Under the pieces are notes generated by a model that saw only the letters and a list, made by a program, of their open reading frames with translations, searched no databases and had not been told where the DNA came from. A DNA stretch of 64,000 nucleotides from Dehalococcoidia bacterium (GTDB lineage Bacteria; Chloroflexota; Dehalococcoidia; Plut-88900). Both the position numbers and the translations under genes were made by a program. Shown here piece after piece: positions 27,026 through 37,423 of this stretch (positions are counted from its first letter, which is position 1; every line of letters begins with the position of its first letter). The stretch lies in NCBI GenBank assembly GCA_965197585.1, contig OZ240215.1:2368001-2432000 (forward strand), read 5' to 3'.

Positions 27026-28078
27026 ATGCTCGTGCTCGGCATAGAGACCTCCTGTGATGAGACCGCCGCCGCCGTCGTAGAGGACGGCGCCCTCGTCCTC
27101 TCCAACGTCATATCAACCCAGGTGGACATCCACGCCCGATACGGCGGCGTAGTGCCGGAGGTCGCCTCACGGCAGCACATGCTTCAAATAGTACCGGTAG
27201 TCGACTTAGCCCTCGAGCAGGCGAAGGTCGGCTGGGACGACGTCGACGCCATTGCCGTGACCAAAGGTCCAGGCTTGGCTGGATCACTGCTCATCGGCGT
27301 GAGCATGGCCAAGGCGCTGGCACTGGCCCACGGACTGCCCCTGCTTGGAGTCAATCACCTGGAGGGCCACGTCTACGCCAACTGGCTGGTCAAGGAAGGC
27401 CCGAAAGACGCGGGCCCCGAGCTCCCATGCCTCTGCCTCATCGCCTCCGGCGGCCACACCGACCTGGTGCTCATGCGGGACCACGGCGACTACCTGCTGC
27501 TGGGCCGCACCCGGGACGACGCCGCTGGCGAGTCTTTCGACAAGGTTGCCCGGGTCCTGGGCCTTGGGTACCCCGGCGGACCCGTAGTCGAGCGGGTTGC
27601 CCGCAAGGGCAGTCAACCCAAGAATTTCCCAAGGGCCTGGCTCAAGGGAAGCGACGACTTCTCCTTCAGCGGCCTAAAGACGGCGGTGATCCGGGCCTCC
27701 AGGGAGATGGGCCTGGCCGTGGACAGCATCGACGACCGTGTGGATACAATCGATCCCGACCCCCTGCTAGCCGACGTCGCCGCCGGGTTTCAGGAAGCCG
27801 TGGTGGACGTGCTGGTGGAGAAGACCGCCCGAGCCGCCAAACGAGAAGGCGTGCGCCGTGTCCTCCTCTCGGGTGGGGTTGCCGCCAACGGCGCCCTTCG
27901 TTCAGCCATGATCGAAAGGAGCCCCGTGGATACGAGTTGCCCGCCGCCCGTCTTCTGCACCGACAACGCGGCGATGATCGCCGCCTGCGCCTACCGCCGC
28001 CTGCTCTCCGGCGAGCGCTCCGGCTGGGACTTGGAAGTCCACCCCAACCTCCCCATGGCCCACCCCCTTCCCGGATAG
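27026..28078 (+). CDS. tsaD: tRNA N6-adenosine threonylcarbamoyltransferase TsaD
   Basis: '[11 protein letters not shown]', '[12 protein letters not shown]', 'NHLEGH', 'SGGHT', '[10 protein letters not shown]', 'TDNAAMIA'. Confidence 0.97.
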   Translation: MLVLGIETSCDETAAAVVEDGALVLSNVISTQVDIHARYGGVVPEVASRQHMLQIVPVVDLALEQAKVGWDDVDAIAVTKGPGLAGSLLIGVSMAKALALAHGLPLLGVNHLEGHVYANWLVKEGPKDAGPELPCLCLIASGGHTDLVLMRDHGDYLLLGRTRDDAAGESFDKVARVLGLGYPGGPVVERVARKGSQPKNFPRAWLKGSDDFSFSGLKTAVIRASREMGLAVDSIDDRVDTIDPDPLLADVAAGFQEAVVDVLVEKTARAAKREGVRRVLLSGGVAANGALRSAMIERSPVDTSCPPPVFCTDNAAMIAACAYRRLLSGERSGWDLEVHPNLPMAHPLPG

Positions 28079-28127
28079 AGGTCCAATAGCTCCCCGCCAG
28101 AGCATCCGTCTTCCCTCTTGAAGAGAA

Positions 28128-28163
28128 ACCCTCGTACTGTCGGCAAGCCGACAGTACGAGGGT
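28128..28163. terminator. Hairpin between convergent genes (probable bidirectional terminator)
   Basis: ACCCTCGTACTGTCGGC AA GCCGACAGTACGAGGGT perfect inverted repeat. Confidence 0.7.
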
Positions 28164-28193
28164 ATTCACTCTTAAATGAGATTTGGGAGACGT

Positions 28194-29303
28194 TTAGTTC
28201 AGGTTGTAGAGCCGGGCGCAGTTGTCCCATAGCACGGCCTTTTTCATATCCTCGCTGAGGGGCATCTCCAGGAACTCCTCCGTGGCGTGGGGGTACTTGG
28301 AGTCGCTGTGGGGATAGTCGGTCGAAAATACCGCAACGTCCCCGAGACCGAATTCAGACAGATATCGGCCCGTGATCTCGTCCGCCTCGAAGGATACGAA
28401 CCCCTGACGCTTGAAGTACTCGGTTGGGGTCATGGTTAGCCCCGCCCCCTGGTTCATGCCCATGAGCTCGTCGTGCTCGTCCATGCGCCACAGCAGCCAC
28501 GGCAGCCAGGAACAGTTGCCCTCAAGAAAGCCGATCCTCAGGTTGGGAAACCGCTCCATCACGCCTCCGCCGATGGTGTCGACCACGCTGATCATCATCT
28601 CCATGGGGTGGCTGCAGACGTGGTACATGGCATAGTTCGGGAAGCGGTTGCCGATCTGGTTCATAGCGGTGGTGGCGCCCTCGTGGAATCCCATGGTCAC
28701 GTCCCGCGCCTCGAGTTCCCGCCAGAGGGGATCGTAGTAGGGATCGTGCCAGTTGCGGCCATTGACCACATTGGGGCGCATGAACGCTGCTCTGAATCCT
28801 AACGAGTCTACGCACTGGCGCACCTCTTCCACCGCCGACTCAACGTCGAAGGGGGATATCATGGCCGCTCCCCACATGCGGTCCGGGGCCGGGGCGCAGA
28901 AATCTCTCATCCAGCGTGTATAGGCCCTGGCTATGGCGTCGCCCAGCCCCGGGTCAATAGTATCGAGGGCCAGGGCAAAGAGGCCGCGGCTGGGATAGAG
29001 GAAAGCTACGTCTATCCCCTCGGCATCCATGGCTCTCACCTGGGAGGCGGAGTCCCAGCCGTTGGAGTATGGGTCGGCATAGACCTGGTGGAAGTTCTTC
29101 TCCTCGATGATCTCCTTTCCCATATCGCCCGTGTCTGCCGGATGCAGGTGTCCCTCGACCAGCACTTGCATGTCCCCCAGGTAGCGGTCGAACCCCTGTG
29201 GGGCCCGGTCCCGAAACTCGGGATCGATATAGTTCTGCCACAGGTCACTAGGCTCGATGACGTGCATGTCCGAATCCATCACCTTAAAACCGTTCCTGGC
29301 CAT
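28194..29303 (-). CDS. Amidohydrolase_2 family protein
   Basis: 'MDSDMHVIEP', 'FSTDYPHSD', 'WDNCARLY'. Confidence 0.9.
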   Translation of the reverse strand: MARNGFKVMDSDMHVIEPSDLWQNYIDPEFRDRAPQGFDRYLGDMQVLVEGHLHPADTGDMGKEIIEEKNFHQVYADPYSNGWDSASQVRAMDAEGIDVAFLYPSRGLFALALDTIDPGLGDAIARAYTRWMRDFCAPAPDRMWGAAMISPFDVESAVEEVRQCVDSLGFRAAFMRPNVVNGRNWHDPYYDPLWRELEARDVTMGFHEGATTAMNQIGNRFPNYAMYHVCSHPMEMMISVVDTIGGGVMERFPNLRIGFLEGNCSWLPWLLWRMDEHDELMGMNQGAGLTMTPTEYFKRQGFVSFEADEITGRYLSEFGLGDVAVFSTDYPHSDSKYPHATEEFLEMPLSEDMKKAVLWDNCARLYNLN

Positions 29304-29390
29304 GTCAAACCCCCTTCTACGGAACTGGATGAGGTCTATGCCCCTCCCGAAACCCGCGTTAACGAATAGTCTCCGATTCCCAAATGCGAT

Positions 29391-30785
29391 TCAAAGGGGC
29401 AGTGCCGGTGGCTGCCAGCCCCCCAGCCCCGACTCTATGGCCCCGGCGGCAGCCAGCACGATGCCCTCCCGCCAGGGAAGCGCTCCGAACTGCACCCCGA
29501 TGGGCAGTCCCTCCGGCGATGTCCCGGCTCTCACCACACAGCCCGGCCACCCCGTCAGGTTGTAAGGCCTGGTGTAGACGGCGTCCGGGTAATCGTCTCT
29601 GTTGGCCTCGCCGTGAGGCAGGGCCGGAGCGGCGCCCGTCGGCGACAGTACCAGGTCATAGTCATCCATGAAGGCGAGCATTTCTCCCCGGACCTGGTCC
29701 ATCTCCTCCAGCAACGCCATCAACTCCGCCGAAGAAATCGGCTTGGCCTTCCCCATGCGCTCCACCAGCACCGGGTCCACGTTCACCGTCCCCGCCGCAT
29801 CAAGCTGACGGCGCAGCCACGAGTAACCGTCGGCGGAGCTAAGGCGGTCGCACAGGGCGTTCACTTTCGCCATGCCCGGGACCACACCCTCTCGAACGTC
29901 CACCCCCGACTCCCTTAGGACAGTCGCCGCGTTTTCCACGGCTTTCGTCGTCGCCTTGTCCGGCTCCACGTCTCCGATCCCCGTGAAGTACACGCATCGC
30001 ATTCCGCGCAGCGACACTGAGTCGGGTCCACTTAGCGGCATCGGTATTATTGCCGGGTCTCGTCCGTCGACTCCCGATATCACCGGCAGAGCAAGCCACA
30101 GGTCGTCGACGTACCGTGCCATGGGACCGACCTGGTTCAGCGGCCCTACGGCCCCCGTCCCATGCGGCGGAACGTGACCTGCCCGGGACACCCGCCCCTG
30201 GGTCGGCTTCAACCCGGCGATGCCACAGTAGTGGGCGGGCATCCGGATGCTGCCCGCGCTGTCCGTGCCCATGTCCAGGGGCGATCCCCCCGCTGCGATT
30301 ATGGCCGCCGCTCCTCCACTGCTCCCGCTGGGGCTTCTCGACAGGTCGTAGGGGTTGTTCGTGCGCCCGTAGACCATGTTGTAGGTTTCCCACATCATGG
30401 TCATCTCCGGGGTGTTACTCTTGCCAAGGAGCACCGCCCCGGCGCCCTTCAGCCGAGCAACCACAGTAGCGTCCTCATCAGGCACGAATCCAGACCTGCC
30501 CTCCGTCCCGGCCGCCGTGACCAGTCCAACCGTGTCCAGCGAGTCTTTGATGGTGATGGGCAGGCCATGCAGAGGGCCCCTGCTCTCGCCTCGCGCCGAC
30601 TCCCGGTCACGCTCATCGGCCGTTGCCAACGCACCCTCCGCATCGACCAGCACCACGGCGTTGATAGTGGGATTCACCTCGTCTATGCGGGCGAGGTGGG
30701 CCTCGGTCAGCTCTTTAGACGAGACCTCTCGCCTATGCAATGCATCGGCCATGGCCCGGGCGGACCAATAAAACAGCTCGTCCAT
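29391..30785 (-). CDS. Amidase (amidase-signature family)
   Basis: 'GPLHGLPITIKD', 'GKSNTPE', 'SGSSGG', 'GTDSAGSIRMPA'. Confidence 0.92.
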   Translation of the reverse strand: MDELFYWSARAMADALHRREVSSKELTEAHLARIDEVNPTINAVVLVDAEGALATADERDRESARGESRGPLHGLPITIKDSLDTVGLVTAAGTEGRSGFVPDEDATVVARLKGAGAVLLGKSNTPEMTMMWETYNMVYGRTNNPYDLSRSPSGSSGGAAAIIAAGGSPLDMGTDSAGSIRMPAHYCGIAGLKPTQGRVSRAGHVPPHGTGAVGPLNQVGPMARYVDDLWLALPVISGVDGRDPAIIPMPLSGPDSVSLRGMRCVYFTGIGDVEPDKATTKAVENAATVLRESGVDVREGVVPGMAKVNALCDRLSSADGYSWLRRQLDAAGTVNVDPVLVERMGKAKPISSAELMALLEEMDQVRGEMLAFMDDYDLVLSPTGAAPALPHGEANRDDYPDAVYTRPYNLTGWPGCVVRAGTSPEGLPIGVQFGALPWREGIVLAAAGAIESGLGGWQPPALPL

Positions 30786-30842
30786 CGACTCTCGTCCTTT
30801 CGCACCAAAAGGATCTGCCACCGGGAACAGGGAGGAGTTGGA

Positions 30843-30919
30843 TGGTCGGGGCGCCGGGATTCGAACCCGGGACCTCATCGTCCCGAACGATGCGCGCTAC
30901 CGGACTGCGCCACGCCCCG
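30843..30919 (-). tRNA. tRNA-Pro(CGG)
   Basis: CGGGGCG acceptor stem, CATCG-TTCGGGA-CGATG anticodon arm, GGTTCGAATCC T-loop, encoded CCA. Confidence 0.97.
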
Positions 30920-30999
30920 AGCTAAGGGAGGATACTGGGCCATTATACCGGTCTAGTGGCTTCCGTCCAAATGCTGTACTCGTTCGGTAGGTTAGTGAC

Positions 31000-31645
31000 A
31001 CACCGGCCTTTTCTTCAGTTGTGGGGTTTGGGTTTGCGTTCTGTCTGTTGGGTTTTGGGTTGACGATGGAAGACGCTTGCTGGATTCGGCTCCCTATTTT
31101 TAGATAATGCGGGCTTGGAGGCGTCCCAGGAACGTGGGGACGGGGCTCCGCCGCCGCCTAGACCTGGAAGTATGGTCGGACGTACGGGTCCGTCATCCGT
31201 CATAGGCTCCAATAAGGGTTGGCTGCGCTGCGAGACATGCAGGAAGGGGAAAGTCCAGGGTCAGTTCCCCTCGCAGGAGTACGGGGTATCCAGTTCGCCG
31301 CCTGTATCCAGGAGCCGGGAGTGGCGGACAGTCCAGTTTTATTTGAGGAAGCGGACGGAGAGCCGAGCGGTCCTCGGCTACGGGCTGCCCCGTTCCGCTC
31401 CATAGGACAAGGTTGCTCCGTGAGGAGACTTTTATGTACGGTCCAGGGCGTCTTCCATCGCCTTGTGGTCAGGGAAGGGGGCACGGGACCCGGTGGGGAT
31501 GAGGAGATGGCGGCGTTCGCTTGTGCCGTGGGGCGGCGTGTGGGCCGTCCTTTGGGATGGGCTTGGACGTTGAGTCCTCGGGTGGGCCAGGTGGGCTTCC
31601 CTAGTTTTTGGTTCCTCCTTAAGGTGGGTATCGGGTCTAGACTGG
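31000..31645 (-). ncRNA. Putative large structured ncRNA, copy B (homolog of 2040-2720)
   Basis: Conserved 5' block; helix 31448-31462/31062-31076 with a G-U wobble valid on the - strand; conserved A/C-rich 3' tail. Confidence 0.55.
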
Positions 31646-31649
31646 CTCA

Positions 31650-31678
31650 ATAATAGAACACATGTCTTATAATGTCAA
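31650..31678 (-). promoter_or_regulatory. Sigma70 promoter with an overlapping LexA-box-like site
   Basis: TTGACA - 17 nt - TATTAT on the - strand; GAAC-ACAT-GTCT at 31656-31667. Confidence 0.6.
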
Positions 31679-31821
31679 GAGGGTTATGTCACCCCTCTAT
31701 GTGAACGGGATCAAATGCTTCTGCCCCCAGCTTGAGTAAAGCACATGCCACAGTATCCGCACTATCAACTACATGTCTCCTCTTCCACGGCACAGGGGAT
31801 GGGTTAAAATACCCCACTGAA

Positions 31822-32745
31822 ATGGGTGCGTCACTGAACAAGATAACGGTCCGGGCCCCTGCCACCACGGCTAACATGGGCCCGGGGTTCGACTCCCTGG
31901 GCATGGCCCTGGAAGTCTTCAACACCATATCCATCGAACGGTCGGACCAATTCTCCATCCGCATTACCGGCAACGGCGCCGTGGAGTTGAGTACGGGCCC
32001 CGATAACATGGTGTATCGAGGCGTGGCCGTCGTCTACAACGCAGCCGACGCCGACCTCCCGCCCTTGGCCGTCGCCTGCCACAACGAAATTCCCCTGCGC
32101 AGGGGACTCGGCAGCAGCGCCGCAGCTATCGCCGGGGGCATGGTCGCCGCCAATCTGCTCCTCGGTGGGCCACTGCCCCTGGAAGAGCTACTACGCCTCG
32201 CCGACGCCATAGAAGGCCACCCCGACAACGTCGCCCCCGCCCTGTTCGGCGGCTGTCAAATCGTCATCCGGCAAGGTGAGCGCCTCGTCTCCGTCCCCTG
32301 TCCCGTCGACGAAGGCCTTAGCGCCGTCCTCCTGGTCCCCGACGTTGAAATCCCCACCGACAAGGCCCGCGCCGTCATGCCCAAGCAAATACCCATGCAG
32401 GACGCGGTCCACAATATCGGACGCGCCGCTCTGCTGGCCCTTGCCCTCAGCCGCGGCGATGCGAAATACCTCGCCCTAGCCACCCAGGACGTGCTCCACC
32501 AGCCCTACCGGGCTCCCCTGTTCCCACCCATGACCGGCATCTTCGACGCCGCGATGGAGGCCGGGGCCCGTGGCGTCTTTTTGTCTGGCAGCGGGTCAAC
32601 CATCCTGGCCCTTGCAGAATCCCGACCGGACACCATCGCCGAGGCCATGCTGCAGGAGGCCGTTCGGCAGGGGGTGAGCGCATCCACCCGCATCACCCGG
32701 CCCTCCGCAGCCGGAGTTTCCGTAGTGCCCGAAGGAGAGGCCTAG
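31822..32745 (+). CDS. thrB: Homoserine kinase
   Basis: 'PATTANMGPGFD', 'IPLRRGLGSSAA', 'EGHPDNVAP', 'LSGSGST'. Confidence 0.95.
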   Translation: MGASLNKITVRAPATTANMGPGFDSLGMALEVFNTISIERSDQFSIRITGNGAVELSTGPDNMVYRGVAVVYNAADADLPPLAVACHNEIPLRRGLGSSAAAIAGGMVAANLLLGGPLPLEELLRLADAIEGHPDNVAPALFGGCQIVIRQGERLVSVPCPVDEGLSAVLLVPDVEIPTDKARAVMPKQIPMQDAVHNIGRAALLALALSRGDAKYLALATQDVLHQPYRAPLFPPMTGIFDAAMEAGARGVFLSGSGSTILALAESRPDTIAEAMLQEAVRQGVSASTRITRPSAAGVSVVPEGEA

Positions 32746-32748
32746 GCC

Positions 32749-33972
32749 ATGGCCCTGCTTGTTCAGAAATACGGCGGCACCTCCGTCGCAGACTCCACCC
32801 GTATCATCAACGTCGCCAAGCGCATCGCCGCCGCCTCCGAAGCCGGCAATCAAGTCGTATCGGTGGTGTCGGCTATGGGAAACACCACCGATCGGCTCAT
32901 AGAGCTCGCTCACGAGATCACCCCGGAGCCCAGCCCCCGGGAGCTCGACTTCCTCCTGTCCACCGGCGAGATCGTATCTTGCACCCTGCTTGCCATGGCC
33001 CTCCGGGAGCTCGGGGCCAAGGCCATCAGCCTCAGCGGCGCCCAGGCCGGCATCCAGACCGACGCCTCCCACAGCCGCGCCCGCATTGAGCAGGTGGAGA
33101 CCCGCCGGGTCCTGGGCGAGTTGGAAAAGGGCAATATCGTCATCGTCGCCGGCTTTCAGGGCATGACCACCGAAATGGAGACCACCACCCTGGGCCGTGG
33201 CGGCTCCGACACCACCGCCGTCGCCCTCGCCGCCGCCCTCAAGGCCGAGCGCTGCGAAATATACACAGACGTCCCAGGCGTCTTCACCGCCGACCCGCGG
33301 GTCGTGCCCAACGCCCGCAAACTTGTGGACCTCAGCTTCGAGGAGATGCTCGAGTTGGCCAGCTACGGCGCCGGCGTGCTTCACCCTCGATCGGTGGAGC
33401 TCGGGGCATTCTACGGCATACCTATCCTGGTCGCTTCCAGCTTCAGCAGCGAGCAGGGCACACTGATCCACGGAGGCGAGCCCATGGAATCAAGAAACAG
33501 ACTGAGCGGAATAGCCCATGACCTCGACACGGCAAAGATCACGGTCATGGGCATACCCGACCGTCCCGGCATCGCCGCCTCCCTCTTCGAGCCACTCGCC
33601 CGCGCCGGCATCAGTGTCGACACCATTGTCCAGAACGCCGGCGTGGACAACATCACCGACCTCACCTTCACCGTTTCCCGTCGAGACCTGGCCGCATCCC
33701 AGGAGATCGTCCGCCCCGTCGCAGAGAACCTCGGGGGACAGGGTATCGTCGCCAACGCTGAACTGGGCAAGGTAAGTATCGTAGGCAACGGAATGCAGGA
33801 CGCCCCCGGCTATGCCGCCCGGATGTTTACCGCCCTCCATCGGGCCGGAATAAACATCCAGATGATCACCACCTCCGAAATCCGTATCACCTGCATTGTC
33901 GACCGAGCCAACGTCACGAAGGCCGTCCAAGTCCTCTACGACGCTTTCTACGTGGAAGGGGCAGAGCTATAG
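32749..33972 (+). CDS. lysC: Aspartate kinase with two ACT domains
   Basis: '[10 protein letters not shown]', 'VVSAMG', '[10 protein letters not shown]', 'TADPR', 'TSEI'. Confidence 0.95.
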   Translation: MALLVQKYGGTSVADSTRIINVAKRIAAASEAGNQVVSVVSAMGNTTDRLIELAHEITPEPSPRELDFLLSTGEIVSCTLLAMALRELGAKAISLSGAQAGIQTDASHSRARIEQVETRRVLGELEKGNIVIVAGFQGMTTEMETTTLGRGGSDTTAVALAAALKAERCEIYTDVPGVFTADPRVVPNARKLVDLSFEEMLELASYGAGVLHPRSVELGAFYGIPILVASSFSSEQGTLIHGGEPMESRNRLSGIAHDLDTAKITVMGIPDRPGIAASLFEPLARAGISVDTIVQNAGVDNITDLTFTVSRRDLAASQEIVRPVAENLGGQGIVANAELGKVSIVGNGMQDAPGYAARMFTALHRAGINIQMITTSEIRITCIVDRANVTKAVQVLYDAFYVEGAEL

Positions 33973-34706
33973 CCTTCCCTGAAAGCGGCCCTCTCCTCTC
34001 CGTCATCGTCCCGGCCTTCAACGAAGAGGCCCGGATCGGTGACTCCCTCTCCAAAATCACCGCCTGGCTGGCCCGGCAGACCTACTCCTGGGAGGTGATC
34101 GTCGTTGACGACGGCAGCTCCGACTCCACCGCACGCCTCGTAACGGACGCTTCCTTCCGAATCCAGGGTGTTCGCCTAATATCTCAGCCTCATCGCGGCA
34201 AGGGCCACGCCGTCCGTGTGGGGATACAGGCAGCCGCCGGAGAGTATCGCTTCCAGTGCGACGCCGACCTATCCATGCCCATAGAGCAGCTGTCGCGCTT
34301 CCTCCCTCCCGAATTCATCGGACCCGGCATAGCCATCGGCTCACGGTCGGCCCCCGGGGCCCGCAGACTCGGCGAGCCACCCTTGCGCAAGCTCATGGGC
34401 AAAGCCTTCAATCTTCTCGTCAGGCTGGGAGGCGCCGGTTTCACTGACACCCAATGCGGTTTTAAGTGCTTCGCCGGGACTCGGGCCCACGCTCTGTTCA
34501 ATCTGCAACTGCTGGACGGTTTCGGCTCCGACGTGGAAGTGCTCTACCTGGCCCGGCGCGCCGGTATCCCGGTGGTGGAAGTCCCCATAGACTGGCATTA
34601 CCGCATCGGCAGCAAGGTGCGCCCAGTCCGGGACACTCTCCACATGCTCGCCGACCTGGCGGCAATTAGATTAAATGCTCTCCGCGGACGCTATCGCACC
34701 CGATGA
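33969..34706 (+). CDS. GT2 dolichyl-phosphate beta-glucosyltransferase-like glycosyltransferase (start probably non-canonical)
   Basis: In-frame '[11 protein letters not shown]' upstream of the first GTG; 'VVDDGSSD', 'GKG', 'DADL', 'DTQCGFK'. Confidence 0.85.
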   Translation: MAFPESGPLLSVIVPAFNEEARIGDSLSKITAWLARQTYSWEVIVVDDGSSDSTARLVTDASFRIQGVRLISQPHRGKGHAVRVGIQAAAGEYRFQCDADLSMPIEQLSRFLPPEFIGPGIAIGSRSAPGARRLGEPPLRKLMGKAFNLLVRLGGAGFTDTQCGFKCFAGTRAHALFNLQLLDGFGSDVEVLYLARRAGIPVVEVPIDWHYRIGSKVRPVRDTLHMLADLAAIRLNALRGRYRTR

Positions 34707-34925
34707 CACCCTGATCGCTTTATCTATCCGGCCCTGAAGCCTAACCCCATCCCCCCAATCCACCTTGAAAAATAGGCCATGGCCGGTCGGCGGGACCAAT
34801 CGTCCATAGCCTATTCCAAGTAGCATGGGGTGGGATGTGGAAAAAGATCCAAAAAGTTGCACCAAAAACCCCTTGCACTGTCTGGAATTTGTTTGCAAAA
34901 TTGCCCAAACCTTGAGAGAACCCTC

Positions 34926-35321
34926 ATGAACACCGTTCGAGACATACTCGAAAAGAGCAAAGTCATAGCCGTTGTGGGCCTCTCTCCCAAGCCGGAGAGG
35001 GACAGCCACGAAGTGGCAAAATACCTGCAGGGCCAGGGATATCGCATCGTGCCCGTCAATCCCAGGGCCGATACTATCCTCGGCGAAAAGTCTTACCCCG
35101 ACCTCGCTTCCATCCCCGAGAAAGTCGACGTAGTAGACATCTTCCGCAGGTCGGATGATGTGCCCCCCGTTGTCGATCAAGCCATCGCCATCGGCGCTAA
35201 GGCCGTGTGGATGCAGCTTGGCATTGTTAACGAAGGTGCTGCCGCCAAGGCCCGGGAGGCGGGCCTGGGAGTCGTAATGGATCGCTGCATGCTCGTAGAG
35301 CACCGGGATTTGGTTCCCTAG
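34926..35321 (+). CDS. CoA-binding protein (YccU-like)
   Basis: 'IAVVGLSPKPERDS', 'PVNP', 'VDIFR', 'WMQLG', 'DRC'. Confidence 0.9.
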   Translation: MNTVRDILEKSKVIAVVGLSPKPERDSHEVAKYLQGQGYRIVPVNPRADTILGEKSYPDLASIPEKVDVVDIFRRSDDVPPVVDQAIAIGAKAVWMQLGIVNEGAAAKAREAGLGVVMDRCMLVEHRDLVP

Positions 35322-35402
35322 AATTCCTGCCCGGCGCTGATCGCCGGATGCCCGGTTCCCGAGTCCCCGGTTCACAAATCTTGATTCCCACACTGGATAG
35401 CC

Positions 35403-36278
35403 ATGCGAACAACATCTGGTAATACCCTAATCGCCCGCACCGGCCCCGCCGCCCTGACCCGTAGCGCCATAGAAATGGCTACCAAGGGCCGGTGGACCGA
35501 CGCCCTTGACCTGAACCACCAGATCCTCGAACGCGATCCCGCCGACTGCGCCGCCTGGAACCGGATGGCCAAGGCCCTGGTACAGCTCGGCCGCTATTCC
35601 GGGGCCCGGGACGCTTTCGCCGAGACCCTTAGGCTCGACCCAGCCAATGGCATTGCCCGCAAAAACCTCGAAAAGCTGGAGGGCCTGTCGGAGGACGGAC
35701 CGGTGTGCCAGGCCGTCACGGCCGAGATGTCCCCCCAACAGTTCATTGAAGATACGGGCAAGTCCAGCGTGACGGACCTCGTAAAACTGGGTGACCCCGA
35801 GACGTTGAAACGGCTCGTGAGCGGACAATCGGTAGAGTTGCGGATTCAGGACGGGAAACTATCCGTGGATACCCTTAACGGTGACTATATAGGGCAGGTG
35901 GAGCCGAAGCTTGCCTTCCGGTTGTCGGAGCTGGTCAGGGGAGGCAACAAGTATCAGGGGGCCATAACCAGCGCACGAGAAGGGCACGTGAAGGTGATGC
36001 TCCGGGAAACCCTCGTGGCCCCAGACCAGGTGGGTAAGAGGTCCTTCCCTTCAAAGTCGGCGGACGGCTTCCGGCCCTATATGAAGAGCAGGGCTGGGCT
36101 TCATGAGTCAGAGGCCTCACCGGATTGGCAGAAAGACGACGACGAGCTGGAGAGCCACCAGGCCTGGAACAAGGACTACGAGGAGCCCGACGAAGACCCG
36201 CTGGACACCACCGTTCCTCACGGCATCCGCATCGTAGACGATCAAAAAGACTCCCTGGATGAAGAGGAAGAAGAGTAG
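35403..36278 (+). CDS. TPR-repeat protein with an acidic C-terminal tail
   Basis: TPR-like 'AWNRMAKALVQLGRY..A...F...L.LDP.N..A..NL'; D/E-rich tail. Confidence 0.75.
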   Translation: MRTTSGNTLIARTGPAALTRSAIEMATKGRWTDALDLNHQILERDPADCAAWNRMAKALVQLGRYSGARDAFAETLRLDPANGIARKNLEKLEGLSEDGPVCQAVTAEMSPQQFIEDTGKSSVTDLVKLGDPETLKRLVSGQSVELRIQDGKLSVDTLNGDYIGQVEPKLAFRLSELVRGGNKYQGAITSAREGHVKVMLRETLVAPDQVGKRSFPSKSADGFRPYMKSRAGLHESEASPDWQKDDDELESHQAWNKDYEEPDEDPLDTTVPHGIRIVDDQKDSLDEEEEE

Positions 36279-36451
36279 TTCGACTACACCTTCTTCCGCA
36301 TCTCTCCTTCCCTGAAGTTCGAGCCTCATAGGGCCCCGGTACTGAGTGCCCGGGCTTTCTTGTCTTCATCCAATTCGTGAGGCTATGGGGCTCTCTCGTA
36401 CTACCGATGTAGAATAGGTGGTAAACTCTCTACCCGAACGAGGTAGCCCTT

Positions 36452-37372
36452 TTGCCCCAGCCCAAAGCCTTCCAGGATTTCCTTGCCGCGTACCCCTCCC
36501 TCCAGGCCATCGGCAACACGCCGATGGTCAAACTGGACCTACCGCTGGACTTCGGCAGCGCCGAGATACTGGCCAAGTACGAGCAGCTAAACCCCGGCGG
36601 GTCCATAAAAGACCGCCCAGTCCTCAGGATGCTCGTAGAGGCCATGATGTCCGGCCAACTGACCCGGGACAAGGTGGTCCTGGACTCGACCTCCGGCAAC
36701 GCCGGCATCGCCTACGCCATGATCGGCGCGACTCTCGGCTGCAAAGTAGAGCTGGTCATGCCGGCCAACGCCAGTGAGGAGCGCAAGAAGCGCATCCGTG
36801 CCCACGGCGCCGACATAGTGCTCACCGACCCTCTTCTTGGCTACGATGAAAGCCTCCGGGAGGTCCGCCGCCGCTTCGACAGTGACCCCGGCGCCTACTT
36901 CTTCTGCGACCAGTACAAGAACAACAACAACTGGCGTGCCCACTATGAAAGCACCGCAGAAGAGATCATGGCCCAGGCCCCCGGTATCACCCACTTCGTA
37001 GCGGGCGTGGGAACGGGAGGCACCATAACGGGCGTCGGCAGGCGGCTTAAAAAGGAGAATCCGGCCATAAAGGTCATCTGCATAGTCCCCGGAGACTGGC
37101 GGGGCGTAGAGGGCCTGAAGCCCCTCGGCGAAGGGGCCATAGTGCCGGAGATCCTCGACGAGACCATCATCGACGAGCGTATCGAGATTGATGTAGATGC
37201 CGCCCACGACATGTCTCGGCTCTTGGCCTCCAGAGGTATATTCGTGGGTCAGTCCTCGGGGGCCTATCTCCAGGGCGCCTGCCAGGTGGCCCAGCGTGAT
37301 AAGCAAGGCCGAATCGTCACCATCTTCAATGACATCGGCGAGAGATACTTCTCAACCGGCATGTGGGACTAG
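36452..37372 (+). CDS. PLP-dependent cysteine synthase family protein (CysM/CysK-like)
   Basis: 'IGNTP', 'NPGGSIKDR', 'STSGNAG', 'GVGTGGT', 'GQSSG', 'ERYFST'. Confidence 0.9.
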   Translation: MPQPKAFQDFLAAYPSLQAIGNTPMVKLDLPLDFGSAEILAKYEQLNPGGSIKDRPVLRMLVEAMMSGQLTRDKVVLDSTSGNAGIAYAMIGATLGCKVELVMPANASEERKKRIRAHGADIVLTDPLLGYDESLREVRRRFDSDPGAYFFCDQYKNNNNWRAHYESTAEEIMAQAPGITHFVAGVGTGGTITGVGRRLKKENPAIKVICIVPGDWRGVEGLKPLGEGAIVPEILDETIIDERIEIDVDAAHDMSRLLASRGIFVGQSSGAYLQGACQVAQRDKQGRIVTIFNDIGERYFSTGMWD

Positions 37373-37423
37373 CCCTCCCTCTTCTCTCTTGACAACCCCG
37401 CCCACTTCCTCAATAGTGGCCCA

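Noticed and set aside
31241-31265. GGAAAGTCC resembling the RNase P RNA P4 motif (also GAAAGTCC at ~2469)
   Set aside because: No matching 3' ACAGAA..CGGCTTA-type motif seen, and the two hits are on opposite strands relative to the conserved element
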